Below are positions 9,778 through 17,563 of a stretch of 64,000 nt of DNA, piece after piece. The position numbers and the translations under genes were made by a program. Origin of the DNA: Bacteroidota bacterium. Its GTDB lineage: Bacteria > Bacteroidota > Bacteroidia > Bacteroidales > ML635J-15. The DNA is taken from positions 40,311 through 104,310 of the forward strand of contig JBNJGS010000001.1 in NCBI GenBank assembly GCA_051747965.1, given 5' to 3'. The stretch's first letter is position 1. Every line of letters begins with the position of its first letter. The notes under the pieces are model-generated. The model was not told the origin of the DNA. It did not search any database and saw only the letters and a list, made by a program, of their open reading frames with translations.

Positions 9778-10896
9778 TTATTTTTTAAAAATAATATAAA
9801 AAGTTGAGCCTTCATCCTTTTTACTTTCCAAATGTATGCTGGCTTTATAGTTGTCAATGATTCTTTTTACAATTGAAAGGCCCAGGCCACTGCCGGAAAT
9901 CTTTTTTGTTTCTTCATTCCGGATACGAACAAACTCCCTGAAAAGCCTTGCCTGGTCATCCTCAGAAATGCCAATTCCTGTATCTTTAACAACAATATGA
10001 ATTTCATGTTCGGTCTGGTAAAGAGAAATGTTCACATTTCCTTCTTTTTTGTTGTATTTGATGGCATTGGAAATAAGGTTATTGAGTACGATTTCCATTT
10101 CTTCCCGGTCGGCGTTCATTTCCAGCTTTTCAGGAAGATCTTTTTGAATGCTGATATCTTTTTGGATGGCATATGGCTGCATGGTAGCGATGGCATCCTC
10201 AACCACTTCAGGGAGATTGATTTTCTCAATGCTTCTTTGTTTTTTCCCTGATTCAAGTTTTGTCAGGTCGAGCAGATCCATGATAAGATTTCGCATATTA
10301 TCCATTCTGTCGAGTGATCGGTTGACCATCTGCATATAATCATTGATGTCATTGCCTGCCTCTTTGTTTTTCATCATCTGCAGATATCCTTCCACTGCAT
10401 TGATTGGTGCTTTCAGCTCATGCGACAGAAGCGACAGAAACTGATAGCGGATTTGCTTTCCCTCTTTGTTCATGCGGGCAGTCATTCGTTTGAGAAACAA
10501 TTGCTTGGCCACATTTTCCAGGGAAGCCCTCAGCTCCTGTGGGGTAAATGGTTTTGGGACAAAGTCGCTGGCCCCTTGCCTGGTGGCTTTTACTGCCACT
10601 TCAAGTGAAGCATAAGATGTAATCATCACCACATAGGATTCAATTTGCTGCTTATTGATGTAATTGAGTACATCCAGGCCCTGAATTCCGGGCAACTTAT
10701 TGTCCAGCAGCACAATATCCGGTGTTTCTTTCTTCAGGATTTCCAGGGCTTCCTCCCCGGTAGCCGCTTCATTCACAGTAAATCCAAACACATCATCCAT
10801 GAAAGGATAATCCAGGGTAAATTTTCTGAGAACACGCTTTACTCCAGCGCGAATCCCGGGTTCATCATCCACAACCAATATTGTAAATTTTTCCAT
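9778..10896 (-). CDS. hybrid receiver-histidine kinase (N-terminal REC, then HisKA + HATPase)
   Basis: 372 aa. The REC domain shows ILVVDDEPGIR...IVLLDNKLPG...VPKPF. The H-box is LSLLSHELKAPINAV, and the G-boxes are DTGIGIS and GSGLGLSIV. Confidence 0.85.
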   Translation of the reverse strand: MEKFTILVVDDEPGIRAGVKRVLRKFTLDYPFMDDVFGFTVNEAATGEEALEILKKETPDIVLLDNKLPGIQGLDVLNYINKQQIESYVVMITSYASLEVAVKATRQGASDFVPKPFTPQELRASLENVAKQLFLKRMTARMNKEGKQIRYQFLSLLSHELKAPINAVEGYLQMMKNKEAGNDINDYMQMVNRSLDRMDNMRNLIMDLLDLTKLESGKKQRSIEKINLPEVVEDAIATMQPYAIQKDISIQKDLPEKLEMNADREEMEIVLNNLISNAIKYNKKEGNVNISLYQTEHEIHIVVKDTGIGISEDDQARLFREFVRIRNEETKKISGSGLGLSIVKRIIDNYKASIHLESKKDEGSTFYIIFKK

Positions 10897-10898
10897 AA

Positions 10899-11291
10899 CT
10901 ATGTAAGGAGTTTGTTGATGACTGAATACAATCTTTCTGTTTCTATACCTTTTTCAAGGTAGGCATCTGCCTTTATCCAGGCCTGATCCTGTTGTTCCTG
11001 AAGTCTGAATGAAATGCCTGTTTCTGCCGCCACGTTGGTAGCAATAACAACAGGGACATCGGGATACCTTGATTTACAACGAAAAGCCAGAACAAATCCG
11101 CTGTCATCGTTTTCCATCATAAGGTCAAAAATGGCCAGATCCGGCCTGACCTGCTTCAGGATGTTCTCGGCTTCTTTCTGACTCTCAGCCGTGATAAGCT
11201 CAAATCCGCTTTTTTCAAGTTTGAATGATGTCTGAAACAAATAATCAGTATCATCATCAGCCAGCAGAATTATTTTCTTTGTTTTCTCCAT
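10899..11291 (-). CDS. stand-alone response-regulator receiver protein (no output domain)
   Basis: 130 aa. It has ILLADDDTD and the phospho-acceptor context LAIFDLMM. No DNA-binding or enzymatic domain follows. Confidence 0.85.
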   Translation of the reverse strand: MEKTKKIILLADDDTDYLFQTSFKLEKSGFELITAESQKEAENILKQVRPDLAIFDLMMENDDSGFVLAFRCKSRYPDVPVVIATNVAAETGISFRLQEQQDQAWIKADAYLEKGIETERLYSVINKLLT

Positions 11292-11296
11292 ATTTT

Positions 11297-13294
11297 TTAT
11301 CCCTCAACTTTTGGATGCCTGGGCAAATCAACTGTAAATGTGGTTCCTGTTTCACCATCGGCGGGATTATCATTGCTTACCAGGGTGATTTTGCCCTTGT
11401 GCATCTTAATAATTCCATAAGTGGTAGGCAAACCCAGACCGGTTCCTTTGCCAATGCCTTTGGTGGTGAAAAAGGGGGTGAATATTTTTTCCCTGATTTC
11501 TTCCGGGATGCCACTGCCTTCATCTGTTATTTCAATTCGTATATTTTCTTCATCACCATTGATGTTAATGTGTATATCACCACCCTCCGGCATAGCTTCC
11601 GTTCCGTTTTTAATCAGATTTGTCAGTGCTTGTATCATCTGTTCTTCATCCAGATAAACCTGAGTATTGTTCAGGTGGTTATGAATTTTTATTCTGACCT
11701 TGTCAGGTATGATAAATGACCTGATGCTTTTCTGTATCAGATCGGTAATGCTTACATTGCTTTGCCTGACCTGATTTTTTCTGGCAAAATTCAGCAGATT
11801 GCCAACAATTTTTTTGCAGCGGGAGGCCTGATCTGCGATCATTTTATAATCTTCATACGCCTCGCTGTTTTCATCAACCTCATCCAGCAGCATATTGCTG
11901 TACATAATAACCACACCCAGGGGATTATTGAGCTCATGGGCTATGCCTGCTGACAACTGACCAAGATGGGCAAGTTTTTCCGACTGTTTGAGCGCCTGTT
12001 GAATGGAAGACAATTTTTCATTTTTTTGATGCAACTCATCAATGGACCGATGCATTTTTTCTATGGTGTAGGGCAAACACATGTCAATTTCTGCAAGGCC
12101 GCGCAAGACCGCAACGGCATGTTCCTCGCAACTGTCGTAACCACAAGCCTGACAATTGAGTCTGTCTTCCGGTTCATTCTTGCCCATTGCCGACCACAAT
12201 GCATATATTTCTTCATTATCGGGCATTTTCACCCGCTGATCATCCGGTGTAAACGTTCTGGTTAGGTCCAGATCCTTAAATCTGTGTATGTATTTCTCCC
12301 AGCTTTTTTGGTCAAGATTGTTCATTTTTTCCTTGACATAGCGGGTAATATGTGCCCTGTTTTCATAGCGCTTTCCGTTTCTGGACATTCCGGGTCCCAT
12401 AATGCAGCCTTCACAGCAAAGCAGCTCCAGGTGATGATCGTTAATCAGGCCATAATCAAATTCCTGTATGGCATCCTTAAAATTCACCCTGCCTTCTGCC
12501 ACCACAATATTTCCTTTAAACAGATTTTCGTGGACATTAATGGTTTGGATGATGCCTCTGCTAATGGGAAAAATGGAACCGCGTCCACCAAAAGGCGGGT
12601 CAAATTCGCTGGCTTTGGTATTTTCAGGTTTGATTTCCTGTGCTTCCAGCATTTCCCTGAATTCTGAAAAAGTCAGGACAGCATCCACTTCATCAGACTC
12701 TTCTTTTTTTGCAACACAGGGACCGATAAAAACAAGTTTGTATTTTTCTCCGTACATTTCTTTCAGCGCTCTTGCCAGAGCCATAACAGGAGACACTACA
12801 GGAGCAAGATTTTCTGTCAGATGGGGATGATATTTTTTGATAAAGTTGACAATTGAGGGACAGTCAGAACTGATGAATCGTCTCTCATCATCAGAAGTCA
12901 GCAAATCTTTGTAACGCAAAGCAACCAGATCTGCACCAAATGAAACCTCGGTAACCATGTCAAACCCCAGTTTTCTTGTCATACCGACAAATTTCCGGTA
13001 ATCGTTGATTTCAGGAAAATCGGCAGGAAAACTTGGTGCCACCATAGCAATAACCGGTTCATGTCGTATGAGCAATTTTTCAGCCATGCTTTCAGATTTC
13101 CTGAAATTTTTGGCTTTTCTGGTACACACACGGATGCAGTTTCCGCAGCCAATGCATCTGTCCTGTATCACTTCTGCCTGACCATTGATGATACGTATTG
13201 CTTTGGCAGGACATTCCCTGACACAGGTGTAACACATTTTACATCTGTCTTTGATGGTGTATACCAGGGGCTTATCTGTCAACAATTCACTCAT
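11297..13294 (-). CDS. HydS-type sensory [FeFe]-hydrogenase-like protein fused to a histidine kinase
   Basis: 665 aa. It starts with two [4Fe-4S] motifs ([23 protein letters not shown]). The H-domain has L1 SSDCPS, L2 GPCVAKKEE and L3 [13 protein letters not shown]. Next comes an exact Cx2Cx4Cx16C motif ([26 protein letters not shown]), then a coiled coil, then HisKA ([12 protein letters not shown]) and HATPase (GTGLGLP). Confidence 0.85.
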   Translation of the reverse strand: MSELLTDKPLVYTIKDRCKMCYTCVRECPAKAIRIINGQAEVIQDRCIGCGNCIRVCTRKAKNFRKSESMAEKLLIRHEPVIAMVAPSFPADFPEINDYRKFVGMTRKLGFDMVTEVSFGADLVALRYKDLLTSDDERRFISSDCPSIVNFIKKYHPHLTENLAPVVSPVMALARALKEMYGEKYKLVFIGPCVAKKEESDEVDAVLTFSEFREMLEAQEIKPENTKASEFDPPFGGRGSIFPISRGIIQTINVHENLFKGNIVVAEGRVNFKDAIQEFDYGLINDHHLELLCCEGCIMGPGMSRNGKRYENRAHITRYVKEKMNNLDQKSWEKYIHRFKDLDLTRTFTPDDQRVKMPDNEEIYALWSAMGKNEPEDRLNCQACGYDSCEEHAVAVLRGLAEIDMCLPYTIEKMHRSIDELHQKNEKLSSIQQALKQSEKLAHLGQLSAGIAHELNNPLGVVIMYSNMLLDEVDENSEAYEDYKMIADQASRCKKIVGNLLNFARKNQVRQSNVSITDLIQKSIRSFIIPDKVRIKIHNHLNNTQVYLDEEQMIQALTNLIKNGTEAMPEGGDIHININGDEENIRIEITDEGSGIPEEIREKIFTPFFTTKGIGKGTGLGLPTTYGIIKMHKGKITLVSNDNPADGETGTTFTVDLPRHPKVEG

Positions 13295-14970
13295 AGTACA
13301 TTAAATTTATGTTTCAGGTCAGGCTTATCATCCCGTTGAATGTAAGCATTGGCAAAAGGATTGGCCTGCGGTGATTTGGCCTGGGTATTGTCGTCTGATT
13401 TGTAAAGGCTTTTGATCAGCATTTTGGTACGGTTTTCCGTTCTCTCAGAAAGGGGTTGTCCGCCCCCGCCCATGCATCCCAGACTGCAGTTTGACAACTC
13501 CAGGATATCGCAATTGGCTCTGCCCCTGAGAACGTCAAGAATATGCTTTTCAATATTGTGTATACCACTGACAACCTTTGTTTTATATGTTTTTGATCCG
13601 ATTTTGAAGCTGGCTGTTTTTTCCTGCTTCATTACCCGAAGGTCCGGGATTTTATGACGTATCGGCTCTTTGCCCGTTTTCAGGAAATGCATATGTCTGA
13701 AAATCGCCTCGCTCAGTCCTCCGGGCACATGATAGAGACTACCTGAAGCACTGGAGACATGGTAAGGCTGATCAAACCGTTCTTCGTCAATATTGTGGAG
13801 ATCAACACCGGACAATTTCAGCAGGCGCAACAACTCCCGTGTTGTCAGCACTGCATCCACATCCGGGATACCCCTTGTCATATTGTCTGTTCTGGTTGCC
13901 TCTGCTTTTCCGGCTGTACAGGGTGTTACTGAAACGGTAAATGTATCTTCCTGTCTCAATTCTTCTTTTTCGGCATAATCTGTTTTGATAAGCTTGCCCA
14001 GAATTTGCTGCGGGGTCTTCACCGGATTGATAAAAGACAAGGCTTCAGGCATAAATTGCTCCAGGTAATTCACAATGGAGGGGCATGAGCTAATGATGAC
14101 CGGAGACTTTCCGGTTTCGCTGATGTGCCGGGCAGTTTCCATAACAAAAACATCACCTGCGAAGGCAGAATCAAAGACAAAATCAAACCCTGCCTGTTTC
14201 AATCCTGAGATCACAAGGGGAGTGATGTCTGTTCCGGGCTTGAATCCGGCAGCTTCTGCAAGAGTATAACCAATGGCCGGTGCAAGCTGAGCATATATTG
14301 TAATGTTCTTATTGTTGATGGCATCCATCACCGGTGTGATAGCAGATTTCTCTGTAAGTGCACCACTGGGGCAAACAAGTATGCATTGTCCACATGAAAT
14401 GCAGGTGGAGTAATTCAATCCTTTTCCCAGGGCAGTATCAATCCTGGTATTGATGCCTCTGCCTGAAAAATCTATGGATGATGCCTGCACACGCTCATCG
14501 CAAACGCGTATACATCTGCCGCAGAGGATACACTTTGCATTGTCCATGACTATGGCCGGACTGGATTTGTCTTTGTATTGTGATTTTTTGGTTCCGAAAA
14601 ATCGTCTGTCCATAATATTGAGCTCCACAGCAAGGTTCTGTAATTCACAATGCTGATTGTTTTCACAATAAAGACAATCGTCGGGATGATTGGCAAGTAA
14701 AAGTTCCACAATGGTTTTGCGCGCATTGATAACCCGCGGGGAATGGGTAAAGACCTCCATACCTTCTTCAACGGGCTGTGAACAGGAGGGCACCAATTCA
14801 TCACGACCGGAAATTTCGACCACACAAAGTCTGCATGAACCTGTGGGTGTAAATTCATTCAGGTGACAGAGGGTTGGCACTCTGATACCATGTCTTTTCA
14901 GAGCGACGAGAATGGTTTCGCCCTTTTTTCCCTCGAGTTGTTTATTATTTACGTTGAAAAGAATGCTCAT
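13291..14970 (-). CDS. hydA: [FeFe]-hydrogenase large subunit, HydA-like (M3 architecture) with a non-canonical H-cluster pocket
   Basis: 559 aa. It carries a [2Fe-2S] set (C35, C46, C49, C63), a His-ligated cluster (HPDDCLYCENNQHC) and two [4Fe-4S] motifs (CILCGRCIRVC, CISCGQCILVCP). The H-domain has L1 IISSCPS, L2 TPCTAGKAE and L3 ELSNCSLGCMGGGGQP. Confidence 0.85.
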   Translation of the reverse strand: MSILFNVNNKQLEGKKGETILVALKRHGIRVPTLCHLNEFTPTGSCRLCVVEISGRDELVPSCSQPVEEGMEVFTHSPRVINARKTIVELLLANHPDDCLYCENNQHCELQNLAVELNIMDRRFFGTKKSQYKDKSSPAIVMDNAKCILCGRCIRVCDERVQASSIDFSGRGINTRIDTALGKGLNYSTCISCGQCILVCPSGALTEKSAITPVMDAINNKNITIYAQLAPAIGYTLAEAAGFKPGTDITPLVISGLKQAGFDFVFDSAFAGDVFVMETARHISETGKSPVIISSCPSIVNYLEQFMPEALSFINPVKTPQQILGKLIKTDYAEKEELRQEDTFTVSVTPCTAGKAEATRTDNMTRGIPDVDAVLTTRELLRLLKLSGVDLHNIDEERFDQPYHVSSASGSLYHVPGGLSEAIFRHMHFLKTGKEPIRHKIPDLRVMKQEKTASFKIGSKTYKTKVVSGIHNIEKHILDVLRGRANCDILELSNCSLGCMGGGGQPLSERTENRTKMLIKSLYKSDDNTQAKSPQANPFANAYIQRDDKPDLKHKFNVL

Positions 14971-14975
14971 GGTAT

Positions 14976-16907
14976 CTAATCTGTCTTGATCGCGTTAAAC
15001 TTACAATTATCATAACACAGTCCGCAGCCTATGCACTTTTCCTTAACAATAAAGTACGGATGTCTGGCCACCCCGATGATAGCATCAGCAGGGCACTTGC
15101 GTGCACAGATGGTGCAACCGGTACATAAATCCACATCTATGGTGTAGGATTTGAGTTCCTTGCATACGCCTGCTTTGCATTTGCGGTCAAAGATATGTTC
15201 CTCATATTCATTTCGAAAATGTTCAACGGTGCTCAAAACCGTATTTGCTGCATTTTGCCCCAGGCCGCAGAGGGAAGTTTCTTTCATAACTTTGGCAAGG
15301 CTTTCAAGCTGCATAACACCTTTGAACCGTTCCAGTGATTTGTGTCCGGTTTCATCATACGGCTTGCGGGTAATCCGGGTCAGGATATCAAGCATACGCT
15401 GGGAGCCTTCTCTGCAGGGAATACATTTTCCACAGGATTCCTGCTGGATAAAACGCATAAAATACCTGGCAAGGCTGATGATACAATTGCTTTCATCAAG
15501 CACAAGAAAACTTCCGCTTCCCATTTTAAGGCCGGCTTTTTCCATGGCAGCAAAATCCATGGGGATATCCAAATTGCTGGTATTTATCACACCACCTGAT
15601 GGTCCGCCAATATGGACAGCTTTTAATTCTTTATCACCGGGAACACCGCCACAGGTTTGGATTATATCACGCACTTTGGTACCCATTTCAACTTCCAGGA
15701 CGCCGGTTTTGGCAATTTTCCCGCTCACGGACAGTAGTTTTGTACCCGGACTGTTTTCTGTACCGGTTTTTTTGAATTTTTCTCCCCCCTGCCTTATAAT
15801 GTATGGCACATTGGCCAGTGTTTCCAGGTTGTTAACTACAGTGGGTTTACCAAACAGCCCTCTTTCCGCCGGATATGGTGGTTTGGGCTGAGGCATTCCC
15901 CTTTTGCCTTCCAGGCTGGCAATCAAAGCTGTTTCTTCACCACACACATGAGCCCCCGGACCTTCTTTAATGTCAATATACAACTCAAAACCACTGTTGA
16001 AAATATTATCTCCAAGCAACTCATACTCATAGGCCTGCTTCAGTGCGGTTTTCAGACGCTGTATGGCAAGTTTATACTGATTCCGGATGTAAATGATTGC
16101 CCGGTTTGCCTGTATGGCATAAGCGGCAATTGCCACACCCTCAATTACCTGGTGTGGATCACCTTCTACCAGGTGTCTGTCCACAAAAGCCCCCGGATCA
16201 CTCTCATCAGCATTACAGATGATATATCTGGAGGCTTCAGATTGTTCAAGTGCTGCCAGCCACTTGTCGCCGGTGAGATAGGCAGATCCGCTGCGCCCTT
16301 TAAGTCCAGCAGACTTAACAATCCTGCATACTTCCTCTGATGTATGGGCTGTAATTGCTTTAGCAAATGCCCGGTATCCTTCAGAAATGATGTATTCATC
16401 AATATTATCAGGAGATATTATTCCCGTTCGCCGGGTGAGATGTTTTTTCTGTGTATTGAAAAAGCTGAGATTGTTCAGGTATGGCACATCATCCCATTCC
16501 GCAAGATTAGCCTGGGGATATTGTCCCAGATTGCCGTAGTCCGGCAGGAAATTGTTTGTTACCGCATCCATCAATTCTGCCACCTTCTCTTCAGTAATTC
16601 TTGCAAAACTGATACGGGTTCTGCCGGGAATCTGCACATCAACAATGGGCTCAGCAGAACACAACCCGATGCAACCTACTTCAATAACTTCTGCATCCAG
16701 ATTTTCTTCCTTAATATGCTCAATTATCTTATTCTTTGTTTTGTCTGCACCCGCGATAACACCACAGCTTCCCATACCAACATAAATCACCGTTTTCCGG
16801 ACAAAATCCCGGCGTATGGTGGCAATGTTTCTATCCAGCACAGCATTGCCTTTCGGGGGATTGGGCCCCATAAGAAGAAGCGGGAGATGTTCTTTAATCA
16901 AATTCAT
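14976..16907 (-). CDS. hydB: NuoF-like flavoprotein subunit of trimeric hydrogenase (HydB-like)
   Basis: 643 aa. An N-terminal thioredoxin-like region has Cys (GMGSCG, VGCIGLCSAEP). The NuoF core shows CNADESDPGAF, GAHVCGEETALIASLEG, KPPYPAERGLFGKPTVVNNLET and ESCGKCIPCREG. The C-terminus has two ferredoxin motifs (CTGCTICARKCP, CIGCGLCYDNC). Confidence 0.85.
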   Translation of the reverse strand: MNLIKEHLPLLLMGPNPPKGNAVLDRNIATIRRDFVRKTVIYVGMGSCGVIAGADKTKNKIIEHIKEENLDAEVIEVGCIGLCSAEPIVDVQIPGRTRISFARITEEKVAELMDAVTNNFLPDYGNLGQYPQANLAEWDDVPYLNNLSFFNTQKKHLTRRTGIISPDNIDEYIISEGYRAFAKAITAHTSEEVCRIVKSAGLKGRSGSAYLTGDKWLAALEQSEASRYIICNADESDPGAFVDRHLVEGDPHQVIEGVAIAAYAIQANRAIIYIRNQYKLAIQRLKTALKQAYEYELLGDNIFNSGFELYIDIKEGPGAHVCGEETALIASLEGKRGMPQPKPPYPAERGLFGKPTVVNNLETLANVPYIIRQGGEKFKKTGTENSPGTKLLSVSGKIAKTGVLEVEMGTKVRDIIQTCGGVPGDKELKAVHIGGPSGGVINTSNLDIPMDFAAMEKAGLKMGSGSFLVLDESNCIISLARYFMRFIQQESCGKCIPCREGSQRMLDILTRITRKPYDETGHKSLERFKGVMQLESLAKVMKETSLCGLGQNAANTVLSTVEHFRNEYEEHIFDRKCKAGVCKELKSYTIDVDLCTGCTICARKCPADAIIGVARHPYFIVKEKCIGCGLCYDNCKFNAIKTD

Positions 16908-16916
16908 AGGCTGTGC

Positions 16917-17375
16917 TTATTTGTTGTTTAATGTCTTGATTATCTGGTCAAGTTTTTGTTTGCTCAGGCGTGTATGGTAAGTATCATTGACCTGAATAAC
17001 AGGCGCCAGCGCACAGGCTCCCAGGCAACTCACCTCTTCAATGCTGATTTTTCCGTTTTTGGATACGCCGTTATCCATGATATTCAATTTGGAAATGAGC
17101 GTATCACGCAGGCTGTCCGCTCCCATCACATGACAGGCTGAACCAGCACACATGCGGATATGAACAGGGGCATTTTCACGAAACCTGAACTGATTATAAA
17201 AAGTAGCAATGCCATATATCCGGCTTCCCGGAATACTGAGAGCCTTTGTTATTTCCCTGATGTGCTCTTCAGTGATGTATCCCTGCTCATTTTGCACCTC
17301 CTGTAATATCGGAATCAGGTCCTTTTGCGCCTTATCGGGATACTTATAAATAATATGTTTTATGCCTGCTGCCAT
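16917..17375 (-). CDS. hydC: NuoE-like [2Fe-2S] subunit of trimeric hydrogenase (HydC-like)
   Basis: NuoE pattern: YPDKAQKDLIPILQEVQNEQGYI, GIATFYNQF, MCAGSACHVMG and VSCLGACALAP. The track ORF begins at TTG 17414. I prefer ATG 17375 (MAAGIKHII...), because the extra 13 codons fall in AT-rich DNA that carries palindromes and a promoter-like box. Confidence 0.8.
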   Translation of the reverse strand: MAAGIKHIIYKYPDKAQKDLIPILQEVQNEQGYITEEHIREITKALSIPGSRIYGIATFYNQFRFRENAPVHIRMCAGSACHVMGADSLRDTLISKLNIMDNGVSKNGKISIEEVSCLGACALAPVIQVNDTYHTRLSKQKLDQIIKTLNNK

Positions 17376-17388
17376 CTTACTTTTTTTA

Positions 17389-17396
17389 CAAATATA
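17389..17396 (-). promoter_or_regulatory. candidate Bacteroidota -7 promoter box (TATATTTG) for the hyd operon
   Basis: The minus strand reads TATATTTG, which matches TAnnTTTG. It lies 13 nt upstream of ATG 17375. Confidence 0.4.
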
Positions 17397-17403
17397 AGAA
17401 ATA

Positions 17404-17415
17404 TTTGTTAACAAA
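17404..17415. promoter_or_regulatory. perfect 12-bp palindrome TTTGTTAACAAA (fused Rex-like half sites)
   Basis: Read directly from the sequence. It consists of overlapping TTGTTAA/TTAACAA half-site sequences with no spacer. Confidence 0.35.
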
Positions 17416-17421
17416 TAAACA

Positions 17422-17439
17422 CTGTTAAGATATTAACAA
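17422..17439. promoter_or_regulatory. candidate Rex operator
   Basis: CTGTTAAGATATTAACAA matches the TTGTTAAnnnnTTAACAA Rex box at 17 of 18 defined-plus-spacer positions, with perfect inverted arms TGTTAA/TTAACA. It lies in the hydC / sigma-factor divergent intergenic region. Confidence 0.55.
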
Positions 17440-17563
17440 GTAAAAATGCAAAAATGTTGTTCCTATACTTTTTCGCTTTTAATTAAAAATATTGCATAAA
17501 ATATTTGGATGTGTGAGAAATTGTTGTAATTTTAGGGGTAAATGAAACCATAATATTAAAAAC

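Noticed and set aside
15151-15891. A 246-aa ORF on the + strand inside hydB. Similar long antisense ORFs occur at 7590-8063, 11225-11719, 18739-19275, 26580-27182, 30331-30774, 30597-31097, 31154-31609 and 60655-61116.
   Set aside because: Each lies entirely antisense to a gene with strong family motifs. They have low-complexity or odd composition and no recognisable domains, so they are shadow ORFs.
16917-17414. The TTG start at 17414 for hydC, as given in the ORF track.
   Set aside because: The extra 13 codons (MLTNISYICKKSK) overlap the AT-rich palindromes and a TAnnTTTG box. ATG 17375 gives an N-terminus of normal length for the NuoE/HydC family.
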